A DNA stretch of 64,000 bases from an uncultured delta proteobacterium (GTDB taxonomy: Bacteria > Desulfobacterota > Binatia > UBA9968): positions 416,001 through 480,000 of the forward strand of contig CAWFJP010000003.1 of NCBI GenBank assembly GCA_963816145.1. Direction: 5' to 3'. Shown here in pieces: positions 20,283-29,323 of the stretch (position 1 is its first letter; every line of letters starts with the position of its first letter). The notes beneath the pieces are model-generated. The model ran no database searches and was not told the DNA's origin. It worked only from the letters and a program-made list of their open reading frames with translations. Made by a program: the position numbers and the translations under genes.

Positions 20283-21269
20283 ATGATTTTGGCGCTAATG
20301 CAATTCTGCGCATTTGCGGTTGGGCTGATGCTGACGAACTCGGCCGGGGCGGAGCAAATCCGCACCGCAGTACCGCGTGCAAGCCTGAATTATCTTTCAA
20401 TTTATATTGCCGAAGCCAAAGGCTTTTTCAGAGACGAAGGATTGGATAACGAAACCATCGTCATCGGCGGGCCGGCGGCTATCGCCGCATTGGTGAGCGG
20501 TAATGTCGATTTCAGCGGCGCCGGCGGCAGCGGTTTGCGCGCGGCGGCGAAGGGAGCCGAATTGAAGGCGATTATGTATCAGACAGAGAAAGTCACGTGG
20601 TATTTCGTCGTGCATCCGAGCATCAAGCGGGTCACCGATCTCAGGGGCAAAAAAATCGGCGTTGGCCTGATCGGCGACAGCGAAGACCGTTTTTCGACGA
20701 TGTTTGTGGAACGCGGCGGGCTTTCCGCCAAGGACATCACGAGAATACCGATGGGCACCAGCTCCGGCGCGCGTATCGCAGCAATTAAGGCAGGCTCGCT
20801 CCATGCCGCCGTGCTCGATCCCGGCGGCATGATCGTGGCCGAGAAAGAGGGTCTCAGTTCACTGGGATTTCTCGGCGATTTGTTTCCCCTGCCGTTCCAG
20901 GGCTACGTCGTCACCGACAAGAAGATCGCCGAGAATCCGGCGCAGATCAAACGCTGGGTGCGCGCGATGGTTCGCTCGCTCATATTCCTCCGAGAACATC
21001 CGGAAGAGTCAGCCGCCATCGGCGTAAAAAAACTTCAGTTGGGAAACATCAATCGCGCCATGCTCGTGGAGGCCACCAAGGCGTACTCGCGGGCATTCGC
21101 TCCCGGCGTGCCCGGCGTGCCGTCGGTCGAGGGGGTCAAAAACATCCTGGAATACGAGATTCGCGTGCCGATGAAGATGGACGCTCCGCTGCCCGCGCAG
21201 CGCTTGATGGAATTAAGCTTTGTCGAAGAGGTTAAAAAAGAATTGGAACAGAAAGGGTTGGGCAAATAG
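20283..21269 (+). CDS. ABC substrate-binding protein, NitT/TauT family
   Basis: Signal peptide; GFFRDEGLD, DLRGKKIGV. Confidence 0.88.
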   Translation: MILALMQFCAFAVGLMLTNSAGAEQIRTAVPRASLNYLSIYIAEAKGFFRDEGLDNETIVIGGPAAIAALVSGNVDFSGAGGSGLRAAAKGAELKAIMYQTEKVTWYFVVHPSIKRVTDLRGKKIGVGLIGDSEDRFSTMFVERGGLSAKDITRIPMGTSSGARIAAIKAGSLHAAVLDPGGMIVAEKEGLSSLGFLGDLFPLPFQGYVVTDKKIAENPAQIKRWVRAMVRSLIFLREHPEESAAIGVKKLQLGNINRAMLVEATKAYSRAFAPGVPGVPSVEGVKNILEYEIRVPMKMDAPLPAQRLMELSFVEEVKKELEQKGLGK

Positions 21270-21622
21270 CACCCGGCCAACGCCATCGGGCGGGGTTGTG
21301 GACGGTCGATCCTTATCAGCTCCGAGTTTTTCGACCGCAGAGCCCACTTTTGGTCGTCGAATAAATCTCCGGCGGTCAGGTCGATTCGTTGCGATTGGTC
21401 GAAATGGCAAACCGCCAGCTGCCGAACTCTTCTCGCTTTGACAAACAGCCTTGCCCCTTCGTTTCTTAGCGTTAGCATGTCATAATTGATCTTACGCGGG
21501 GATATTCTGGCTGCACTCTCACCCGTCATAGCCACGCGTCAGGCAACTCGTCAGACACGATTTTCAAGATAGTTTCCGTAACTGCCAGCGGCGCTCCGCA
21601 AAGCGCCAAAGGATAATAGCGC

Positions 21623-22282
21623 ATGCCGGGATACACGGTCGAGATCTCAACCTACCGCATCGGTAGCGAGTATTATCAGATTCGCTCGTTGAGCGATCGC
21701 CAGCAGTACTGGGACCCCGATGGCGAGGCCGAACGCACGGGGATTTCCTCGGCGACCTGGCCGATCTTCGGCGTGGTATGGCCCGCCGGCATCGCGTTGG
21801 CGCAAGAGATGAGTGATTTCGCATTCGCCGGGCTAAAGATCCTCGAAGTCGGTTGCGGCATTGGCCTATCGAGTTTGGTGCTGCAGCGCCATGGTGCTAA
21901 CATCACCGCCACCGATTATCATCCTTTGGCGGAAGAATTTCTGCGCTTCAACAGTGAACTGAATGATTTGCCACCGATCAAGTTTCACAGTGCCCCATGG
22001 GCCGGGCCTAATCCCCAACTTGGCCGCTTCGACCTGATCGTCGGCAGCGACCTGCTCTATGAACGCAGCCATCCGGCGCTGCTGTCGGCATTTCTCGCCT
22101 GCCATACCGAAGCTGCCGCCCAAGTCATCCTCGCCGATCCCGGCCGTAAGCGCTGCGGAGAGTTCAGCACCAAGATGGCCATCGAAGGTTACACACGCAG
22201 CGAACAGCGGCTGAATTTGACCGGCGACACAACCTCGTCACCGCGCGGCCGGATGATGAGCTTTGTACGAGGCCAAAGATAA
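21623..22282 (+). CDS. Class I SAM-dependent methyltransferase (METTL21/family-16-like)
   Basis: WPIFGVVWPAG, ILEVGCGIGL, TATDY, IVGSDLLYE, ADPGR. Confidence 0.85.
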   Translation: MPGYTVEISTYRIGSEYYQIRSLSDRQQYWDPDGEAERTGISSATWPIFGVVWPAGIALAQEMSDFAFAGLKILEVGCGIGLSSLVLQRHGANITATDYHPLAEEFLRFNSELNDLPPIKFHSAPWAGPNPQLGRFDLIVGSDLLYERSHPALLSAFLACHTEAAAQVILADPGRKRCGEFSTKMAIEGYTRSEQRLNLTGDTTSSPRGRMMSFVRGQR

Positions 22283-22352
22283 TTTCTCAACAGCGGCATC
22301 ACCGACGATAAAAGGATTGCTATCCCCTCTGCCAAACACTAGACTGGGATCA

Positions 22353-22598
22353 ATGGCACAAAACAACGAAGAAAAATCCCGCTACAAGATCAGCGATTCG
22401 CATCTCAATCAAAATTTCGTCGGAGTGCTGAAGCGCGACCGTGATACTTATATGTGGTCGTGGAAAGGTCACATCGATTTTACCGATGGTCATTACTTCG
22501 AATTTGCCAGCCAACGGAGCTTTGACACCGCCACGGAAGCCGAAGCTTACATGCGCCGCTACGCCTGCGACCGCATCGACAATCGCATGAACCACTAG
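22353..22598 (+). CDS. Hypothetical small protein
   Basis: 81-aa ORF, plausible composition, fills the gap between genes. Confidence 0.6.
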   Translation: MAQNNEEKSRYKISDSHLNQNFVGVLKRDRDTYMWSWKGHIDFTDGHYFEFASQRSFDTATEAEAYMRRYACDRIDNRMNH

Positions 22599-22765
22599 CG
22601 CTCGACCGCTTCACAAACAAAGAAATTTCAATTCCCTCCAACCTCATCGGTAGCGTCCGCAAACTCTCGCCGGGTTTGATTGACAGCACTTTCCACGCCG
22701 GCATATATTCCGATGAGACCTGCGCGGCCTCGGCTCGCGGCTAAATCTCGTTCAAGGAATATTCC

Positions 22766-23446
22766 ATGAGCAAATGGTCCGACGTGGAACGACGGCTTAA
22801 TGTCATGTGCAACCAGTGGTACGACACTCCTGAGATAAAGCGCATGCTGGCGGTGCCGCTCAATCCTGTCCGGCTCGCCTTCCGCCACCAGCATATGAGC
22901 TTCTTCAGCAATAACCGGCGCGATTGTTGGGCCGCGGTGGGCTGCAAGGCTCCCCTCGATGTCAAGCGCGCCATCTGGGAACATGAAAAGGACGAACTGA
23001 TCTATGACCCGCGCATGGGCAAGGCGCATGTCACCGAGGACGACCTGGGCGACAAAAAAGAATCGGACATGATCCCCGGCGCGCGCGCGGCGTTTTACGC
23101 TTGGCTCCATTGCGCCCAGGAAAAGCCCTGGCTCGAAGGGCTCGCCTGCTCACATATCTTGGAACGGCGCAATAACGATCAGATCGTTACCGGCGGCACA
23201 TTGACTCAGCGTCTGGTCAAACGCCAGGAAGCCGAACTCGGCATCAAAAAGAAAGACCAGGACATCAACGTCCAAGTCCATCTCTACGCCGACGTCGATC
23301 ATACCGACCTGCTTGAAGAAGTCTTCAAACGCTACGTCGTCGATGACCTGACCGCCCAGCAAATCCTGCGCGGCGCCGAAGATTCTCTGGCCATCGAACG
23401 CAGCTTTCACGGTGCCGTGGCAAGCGCAATGGCGGAGATGGATTGA
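22766..23446 (+). CDS. Heme-oxygenase-like iron-containing redox enzyme (PqqC/TenA/CADD-like)
   Basis: Helical protein with HEKDE...H, HILE and H-x3-DVDH candidate di-metal ligands; RBS AAGGA. Confidence 0.65.
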   Translation: MSKWSDVERRLNVMCNQWYDTPEIKRMLAVPLNPVRLAFRHQHMSFFSNNRRDCWAAVGCKAPLDVKRAIWEHEKDELIYDPRMGKAHVTEDDLGDKKESDMIPGARAAFYAWLHCAQEKPWLEGLACSHILERRNNDQIVTGGTLTQRLVKRQEAELGIKKKDQDINVQVHLYADVDHTDLLEEVFKRYVVDDLTAQQILRGAEDSLAIERSFHGAVASAMAEMD

Positions 23447-23523
23447 TGAACAGTGAGCAGCTCACAGTTGTCGGTTATCATCGGTTATCAGCGGTAAGCC
23501 GGACCGAACCTCTTCCCCCTCGA

Positions 23524-23655
23524 GAGACTGCGTCGTAATGCGCAAATGCCCAACATCTGTGATCCCGAGCGCAGCGAGGGATCTCGTGTTTTCAGCCACA
23601 TACGAAGAAGAGATTTCTCGGCTTCACCTCGAAATGACAGTTGCGACACAGTCTG
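23524..23655. mobile_element. 132-bp MITE-like element with internal GTCAT-type palindrome, inserted in a hairpin repeat
   Basis: TIRs gagactgcgtcgtaa / ttgcgacacagtctg; CGA direct repeat either side; excision restores cttccccctcgacgggggaag. Confidence 0.7.
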
Positions 23656-23779
23656 CGACGGGGGAAGATTGAGATGGGGGTGCGAGAGCGAAATCAGAAT
23701 CACCCCTTCCTTCGTCCTTCCCCTTCAAGGGCAAGGAAACCGTGAATACTGAAAGCAAAAAAGATCGAAAAACATCGCA

Positions 23780-24922
23780 ATGGAAATCCACCACGGCCTG
23801 ATCAGCGCCGACTCCCACGTCGTCACCGAACGTAACGCGTTTCTCGACCGCATGTCGAAAAGCAAGTTTGGCGAACGCATTCCGCAAATCAAAGAGGTCG
23901 AAAACAAGGGCGTCAAAGTCGAACGCTGGTTCGTCAACGGTAAGCCGCTGCGCACGCGCGGCGTGGTCAACTGCCCGGCGGTGATGGGCGATCCCAACCG
24001 CAATCTCTATCCGCAGCGCTGGGAGGAAGTGCCGGCTAAGGCCTATGTCCCCAGCGATCGCCTGCAAGCCCTCGATTCGGACGGCATCGACGCCGAAGTG
24101 CTCTTTCCCAACGATCCCAGTTCCTTTCACCAGGACAACGATGCTGAATTCGAGATCGCCTGTGTGCAGGCATATAACGATTCCCTCGGCGAACTGACCC
24201 GCGCCAGCAAGCGCTTTATTTCTCTGGCGATGATTCCGCTGCTTTGCGGCATGGACACCATCGTCGCCGAAGTCAGGCGGGCCGAGAACCAGGGCCATCG
24301 CGGTATCGTCATGTTCGCCTTGCCGAGTTTGATGGTCGAGTCGCTGCCGCATATCAGCGAGTTATACTGGTATCCGCTATGGGAAGTCTGCCAGGAGCTG
24401 GCGATGCCGATCCACTTTCACGCCTCGGCGGGTCTAGCGCGCAAAATGACCTTTCCCGAATGGGACGGCTACACACCTTACCAACAACACGCCGCATTTA
24501 CCGTGCCGACTTCGTCGTGGCCGGTGCAGATCGTGGCGAATTTAATTTTCTCGGGAATCGCCTACAAGTTTCCTAAGTCCAAATGGGTCTTTGCTGAAAC
24601 CGGCATCGGCTCGGTTAGCTGTGTGCAATCCGCCTGCGATCACGAGTGGGAACGGCGCCAATTGTGGCGCCGTGGCTTGGAGCGGCGGCCGAGCGAGCTG
24701 ATTCGCGATCAAGTCTATGTGAATTTTTGGTACGAGCAGGCCGGCATCGAGCTGCGCCATACCGTCGGAGTCGACAACATCATGTGGGAGTCCGACTACC
24801 CCCACATCGCTTCGACTTATCCGGACTCGTGGAAATTCGTCGAACGCTCTCTCACCGGCGTGGCGGCAGAGGAGCGAAAGAAAATGTTGTATGGCAACGC
24901 TCAGGCGTTGTATCAGCTTTAG
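23780..24922 (+). CDS. Amidohydrolase_2 family protein
   Basis: ISADSH, DGIDAEVLFP, PIHFH, FAETGIG, WESDYPH. Confidence 0.92.
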   Translation: MEIHHGLISADSHVVTERNAFLDRMSKSKFGERIPQIKEVENKGVKVERWFVNGKPLRTRGVVNCPAVMGDPNRNLYPQRWEEVPAKAYVPSDRLQALDSDGIDAEVLFPNDPSSFHQDNDAEFEIACVQAYNDSLGELTRASKRFISLAMIPLLCGMDTIVAEVRRAENQGHRGIVMFALPSLMVESLPHISELYWYPLWEVCQELAMPIHFHASAGLARKMTFPEWDGYTPYQQHAAFTVPTSSWPVQIVANLIFSGIAYKFPKSKWVFAETGIGSVSCVQSACDHEWERRQLWRRGLERRPSELIRDQVYVNFWYEQAGIELRHTVGVDNIMWESDYPHIASTYPDSWKFVERSLTGVAAEERKKMLYGNAQALYQL

Positions 24923-24935
24923 CGAAGATGGTGTT

Positions 24936-25014
24936 CACCACGAAGGCACGAAGGACACGAAGGTTTCGGACAATTATTATTCCGAACTTGGTGCTCTTCG
25001 CGTCCTTCGTGGTG
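24936..25014. repeat. CACCACGAAG palindromic repeat (family A, copy 3)
   Basis: Inverted arms, between tandem amidohydrolases. Confidence 0.9.
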
Positions 25015-25028
25015 CATCCTAATTCCCA

Positions 25029-26159
25029 ATGAACTCAACGGATCTCATCATCAGTGCCGTCGATCATGTCATCGAGCCACCGAGGGTTTGGACCGATCGC
25101 TTGCCGCAGTCGAAGTTCGGCAAGCGCATACCTCATATCGAACGTAGCGCCGACGGCGCCGACCGCTGGATCGTTGACGGGGGCGAATTTGCGCTCGCTG
25201 ACATGGCCGACGTTGGCGCCTTGATGAGCGACCGCGTCGCCATGGCGAAGCAATGGGACGACATTCCAAAGGCCGCCCATGATCCGGCGGTCCGGCTCAA
25301 GGCGATGGACGATGATGGCGTGGATTATAGCGTGCTCTACCCGAGCCTTGCCGGCTTCTCCGGCGAACGCTTCGGTGCTCTGATCGATCCCGGATTCTCA
25401 CATGCCTGCGCGCAAGCGTACAACGACTGGCTCATCGACGAATGGGTGAACCTAAGCGAACGCTTCATCCCACAGTGTATTGTGCCGCTCTCGCCCATCG
25501 ACGCCACCGTGGCGGAAATCCGTCGCTCCGTCGACCGCGGCCATCGCGGCGTAATCTTTCCCGCCGCCCCCATGCAGCTCGCCGCCCTGCCGCATATCAA
25601 TAGTGCAGAATACGATCCGGTGTGGGCAGTTTGCCAAGAACTCCATGTCCCGCTGTGCTTTCGCGCCGGCTCGACGCCGGAACTATTTCAGTTCCCGCCC
25701 GCGCCGACGATGGCGCCCGAACTGATGGCAGCGCTGCAAGCGGCCACCCGCTCCGCCAGCGCCGTGTTCGACCTGACCAATATTCTCTTTTCAAGAATTC
25801 TGCTGCGCTTTCCCAAACTCAAAGTCATTTTCGCCGGAAGCACCGTCGGCTGGGGTACGTTTCTACTTGAATACGCCGACCATCAATATGAACAAGACCA
25901 TTGCAACTATCCGTTGAAGCCCTCGGAAATGTTTCGCCGCCAATGTTACCTGACGACTTGGTACGACGATATTGCAATCCACGCGCGCCACATCGGCACT
26001 AACAACATTCTCTGGGCAAGCAACTTCCCGGCGGCCAACGCCACCTGGCCGGCAAGCCGCCGCTATCGCGACAAATGTTTTTCCGGGGTAAAAGATGATG
26101 ACCAACGACGCATCGTTTGGGGCAACGCCGCCGAGCTTTATCGGATCGACGCGAACTAG
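25029..26159 (+). CDS. Amidohydrolase_2 family protein with degenerate metal-binding motifs
   Basis: Family architecture intact, but SAVDH, LCFRAG, FAGSTVGW and WASNFP replace the canonical residues. Confidence 0.85.
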   Translation: MNSTDLIISAVDHVIEPPRVWTDRLPQSKFGKRIPHIERSADGADRWIVDGGEFALADMADVGALMSDRVAMAKQWDDIPKAAHDPAVRLKAMDDDGVDYSVLYPSLAGFSGERFGALIDPGFSHACAQAYNDWLIDEWVNLSERFIPQCIVPLSPIDATVAEIRRSVDRGHRGVIFPAAPMQLAALPHINSAEYDPVWAVCQELHVPLCFRAGSTPELFQFPPAPTMAPELMAALQAATRSASAVFDLTNILFSRILLRFPKLKVIFAGSTVGWGTFLLEYADHQYEQDHCNYPLKPSEMFRRQCYLTTWYDDIAIHARHIGTNNILWASNFPAANATWPASRRYRDKCFSGVKDDDQRRIVWGNAAELYRIDAN

Positions 26160-26173
26160 AAGGAGCAACGACC

Positions 26174-26379
26174 ATGACCACGCCTTTCGCGGCAGCGGCG
26201 TAACCACCATCGGCGACAAGGACTTCGAGTGGAGCGAAGGCGACAGCTTTACAATCCCCCAGTGGCAATGGCACAAACATGTCAATCGAGCCAAAGACCC
26301 AGCCATTTTGTTCGTCATGAACGACAAGCCCGTGCTCGATGCGCTGGGGTTTTATCGGGAAGAAAGCGAAAATAAATAA
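26174..26379 (+). pseudogene. Remnant of cupin (gentisate 1,2-dioxygenase-like C-terminus)
   Basis: HAFRGSGVTTIGDKDFEWSEGDSFTIPQWQWHKH...NDKPVLDALGFYREE, out of frame with the RBS-associated ATG at 26174. Confidence 0.7.
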
Positions 26380-26380
26380 A

Positions 26381-26488
26381 CGTTCCATGGGTTCCAACCG
26401 TTCCAAATGTTCCAGGTGTTGATAGCGTGCACCGATTAAAGTTTCAGAACAATTGGAACCTATGGAACCACTGGAACTATTGGAACCG
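26381..26488. repeat. 9-bp periodic GTTCCA/TGGAAC inverted repeat
   Basis: Four gttcca units followed by four tggaac units. Confidence 0.75.
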
Positions 26489-26511
26489 ATTTTCGTAGAA
26501 AGGACTAAGAG

Positions 26512-27921
26512 ATGTTATACAACGACCTGCGCGAGTGGATGCACAAGGTCGACGAGTTCGGCGAGTTGCGCACCGTCGAAGGCTGCGACTGGAAATATGA
26601 GATGGGGGCGGTGGCGGAAGTCTACGCACGCAACCCGCCCTATTCGGCGATCCTGTTCGACAAGATCAAGGACTATCCCGCCGGCCATCGTGTGCTGGTC
26701 GGCGTGCATCACCAGTCGCTCAAGCGCCAGTGCCTGACGACTCACTTGCCCCTCGACTACGACCGCAATCAATTCATCCAAGCCTGGCGCCAGCGCTTGA
26801 ACAACCCGATCTACATTCCGCCGCGGGTGGTCGACAGCGGCCCGGTGATGGAAAATATTTACCAAGGCAAGGATATTGACCTATTTTCGCTGCCGGTGCC
26901 CCATTGGCATGAAGGCGACGGCGGCCGCTACATGGGCACCGCCCATCTGGTCATCACCCGCGATATCGACGAGGGCTGGGTCAACATCGGCTGCTACCGC
27001 GTCATGGTGCATGACAAAGATACCTTGGCACTTTACATCTCGCCGGGAAAACAAGGGCGCATCATTCGCCAAAAATATTTCGACCAAGGCCGACCCTGCC
27101 CGGTGGCCATTAGCTTCGGCGACGATCCCTTGCTGCTCACCGCCGCGGCGAATAGCTTGCCGTGGGGCAAGTCGGAATATGACTATGCCGGCGGCATCCG
27201 CGGCCAAGCGATCGATGTCGTACTCGGCACACACACCGGCCTGCCGATCCCGGCGTTTTCCGAAATCACCATCGAAGGCGAATGTTATCCGGACAATCAA
27301 CGTCCCGAAGGCCCCTACGGTGAATGGACCGGCTACTACGCCAGCGGCGAACGCACCGAGCCGATCATCAAAGTGAAGCGCTTGATGCACCGCAACAATC
27401 CGATACTCACCGGCGCGCCGTCGTCACGTCCCCCGGGCGGTTCGGATGACACCTTGATCCGCTCGGCGTTCATCTGGGATCACCTGGAAAAGGCCGGCGT
27501 GCCGGATGTCCGCGGCGTCGCCTGCTTTCAGGGCCGTTTTTTCACCGCCGTATCGATCAAACAACGCTATCCCGGCCACGCCAAGCAAGCCGGTTTTGTC
27601 GCCGCCCAGTGCGGCGCCGGCGCCTATCTCGGCCGCTACGTGGTCGTCGTTGATGACGATATCGATCCCTATGATCTCAGTGACGTGACCTGGGCCATGT
27701 GCACGCGCTCCGATCCCCAAGCCGACATCGACTTCATCCGGCGCGCCTGGAGCGGCCCACTTGATCCGGTGATCCCGCGCGACCGCAAGGGCTTCAGCAG
27801 CCGCGCCGTCATCGACGCCACCCGGCCCTACGAGTGGATGAAAGACTATCCGAAAGTCTCGGGTTCGAGCGCCGAGATGAAAGAATTGGCAGTGAAAAAA
27901 TATGGGAAGTTTTTTTCGTAA
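26512..27921 (+). CDS. UbiD family (prFMN-dependent) decarboxylase
   Basis: DLREW, DGGRY, NIGCYR, EGPYGEWTGYY, VVDDDIDP, WAMCTR, IDATRP. Confidence 0.93.
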   Translation: MLYNDLREWMHKVDEFGELRTVEGCDWKYEMGAVAEVYARNPPYSAILFDKIKDYPAGHRVLVGVHHQSLKRQCLTTHLPLDYDRNQFIQAWRQRLNNPIYIPPRVVDSGPVMENIYQGKDIDLFSLPVPHWHEGDGGRYMGTAHLVITRDIDEGWVNIGCYRVMVHDKDTLALYISPGKQGRIIRQKYFDQGRPCPVAISFGDDPLLLTAAANSLPWGKSEYDYAGGIRGQAIDVVLGTHTGLPIPAFSEITIEGECYPDNQRPEGPYGEWTGYYASGERTEPIIKVKRLMHRNNPILTGAPSSRPPGGSDDTLIRSAFIWDHLEKAGVPDVRGVACFQGRFFTAVSIKQRYPGHAKQAGFVAAQCGAGAYLGRYVVVVDDDIDPYDLSDVTWAMCTRSDPQADIDFIRRAWSGPLDPVIPRDRKGFSSRAVIDATRPYEWMKDYPKVSGSSAEMKELAVKKYGKFFS

Positions 27922-27990
27922 GTCGTGAAGGGTAAAGGGTGAAGCGTTTCGGATCCGAACTCCTAACTCCTCACGCCTTACCCCTTACGA
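27920..27990. repeat. 7-bp periodic GTAAGGG/CCTTAC imperfect inverted repeat
   Basis: gtgaagggtaaagggtgaag...ctcacgccttaccccttacg; related at about 3593-3625 and 37235-37310. Confidence 0.6.
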
Positions 27991-28002
27991 GAAGGAACAC
28001 CC

Positions 28003-28976
28003 ATGAGCAAAACCGTAGTAACATTTCTAATCGCGTTTATGGCGATCGCCGCCGCGCCGCCATCCGCCCCGGCCCAACAACTCATCCGCGTCGGCTACAG
28101 CGGCACCGGCGTGGCGAAGAATCTGCACAAGACCATCGAGCGCGCCGGACTGTGGAAGAAACGCGGCCTCGACGTGCGGCTGATTTATTTCACCAGCGGC
28201 GCGACCATGGCGCAGGCGATGGTCGGCGGCGATTTGGAGATTGCCGACTCCGACGTGCCGGCGATGTTGAACGCGGTGTCAGCCGGCGCTTTGGACGGCA
28301 AGCTGATCAGCGTCTATATCAACCGCTTTCCCTTCGCCTTCGTCGTGCGCAACGACATCAAAACGCCGGAGGACTTGAAGGGCAAACAGATCGCCATCAG
28401 CCGTTTCGGTTCGTCGTCCGATGTGACGACGCGCATGCTGCTGCGCCAGTACAACATCGATCCCGATAAAGACGTGCGCATCATCCAAGCCGCCGGTACG
28501 ACCCGCGTGCCCGCCATGATCGCCGGCCAACTGCATGGCACACTGCTCGGCACCTATGATGTACCGATCATTACCGACTCGGGTTGCTGCCGCGTGATGG
28601 TCGACATGTTGGAACTGCCCATCGACTACGCCCGCTTCGGCCAAGTGGTACCGACCCAACTTCTACGCACCAAGCGCGAACTGTTGACGAAATTCGCCGA
28701 GGGGTTGATCGAGGGCATCTACGTCTTCAAGACCAACAAAGATCTCGCCATGTCCGTACTGCGAGCCGAGGGAGTCAAAGGCCCAGAGTTCAGCTATCCC
28801 CGGATCGCCGCCGCCATGCGTGAACGTCCCATCCCCGAAGTAAAGGCGTCCAAGCCGTCATGGACTCCGTCCGCGCGGCTAACTCAAAAGTCACCCAAGC
28901 CAAGGATGTCATGGACGGTAGTTTGATCGAGGAAATCGATCGCAGCGGCTATATCAAGAAGCTTTATGTGAAATGA
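28003..28976 (+). CDS. ABC substrate-binding protein, NitT/TauT family, frameshifted near 28843
   Basis: Signal peptide; DLKGKQIAISRFGSSSD; adding one A gives the family-like tail EVKGVQAVMD...IEEIDRSGYIKKLYVK. Confidence 0.82.
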
Positions 28977-29037
28977 CAATGACCGTTTGTCTAATCATAA
29001 TCCGCTGGTAAACTGACTCTGATCCGGATTGGCAATC

Positions 29038-29283
29038 ATGGCAGAGTCCACCGAGAATTTAGTATTGGAATTTCTCACTTGGGTAGCGGACCGTCCGCGC
29101 ACCTATGAGGAGACGATGGACGCGTGGCAAAGCCATTGCCCTCGCCAAACGATTTGGGAAGACGCGATCATCGACGGGCTGGTCAAGATTGAGAGTACGC
29201 CGGCACCGCAAGGCTCGAAGATCTTGCTCACCGAACGCGGCGAGACGCTGCTTAAATCCAGAATGAATGGCCGCCTGAGTTAA
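29038..29283 (+). CDS. Hypothetical protein (small, possibly winged-helix)
   Basis: FLTWVADRPRTYEETMDAWQSHCPRQTIWEDA...LTERG. Confidence 0.65.
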   Translation: MAESTENLVLEFLTWVADRPRTYEETMDAWQSHCPRQTIWEDAIIDGLVKIESTPAPQGSKILLTERGETLLKSRMNGRLS

Positions 29284-29323
29284 ATTGCGTCCGCCGCCAT
29301 CGAACCCGAATATTTCTGATTTC

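Noticed and set aside
21035-21535. Minus-strand 166-aa ORF
   Set aside because: About half overlaps the SBP gene antisense; no motif; cannot be supported
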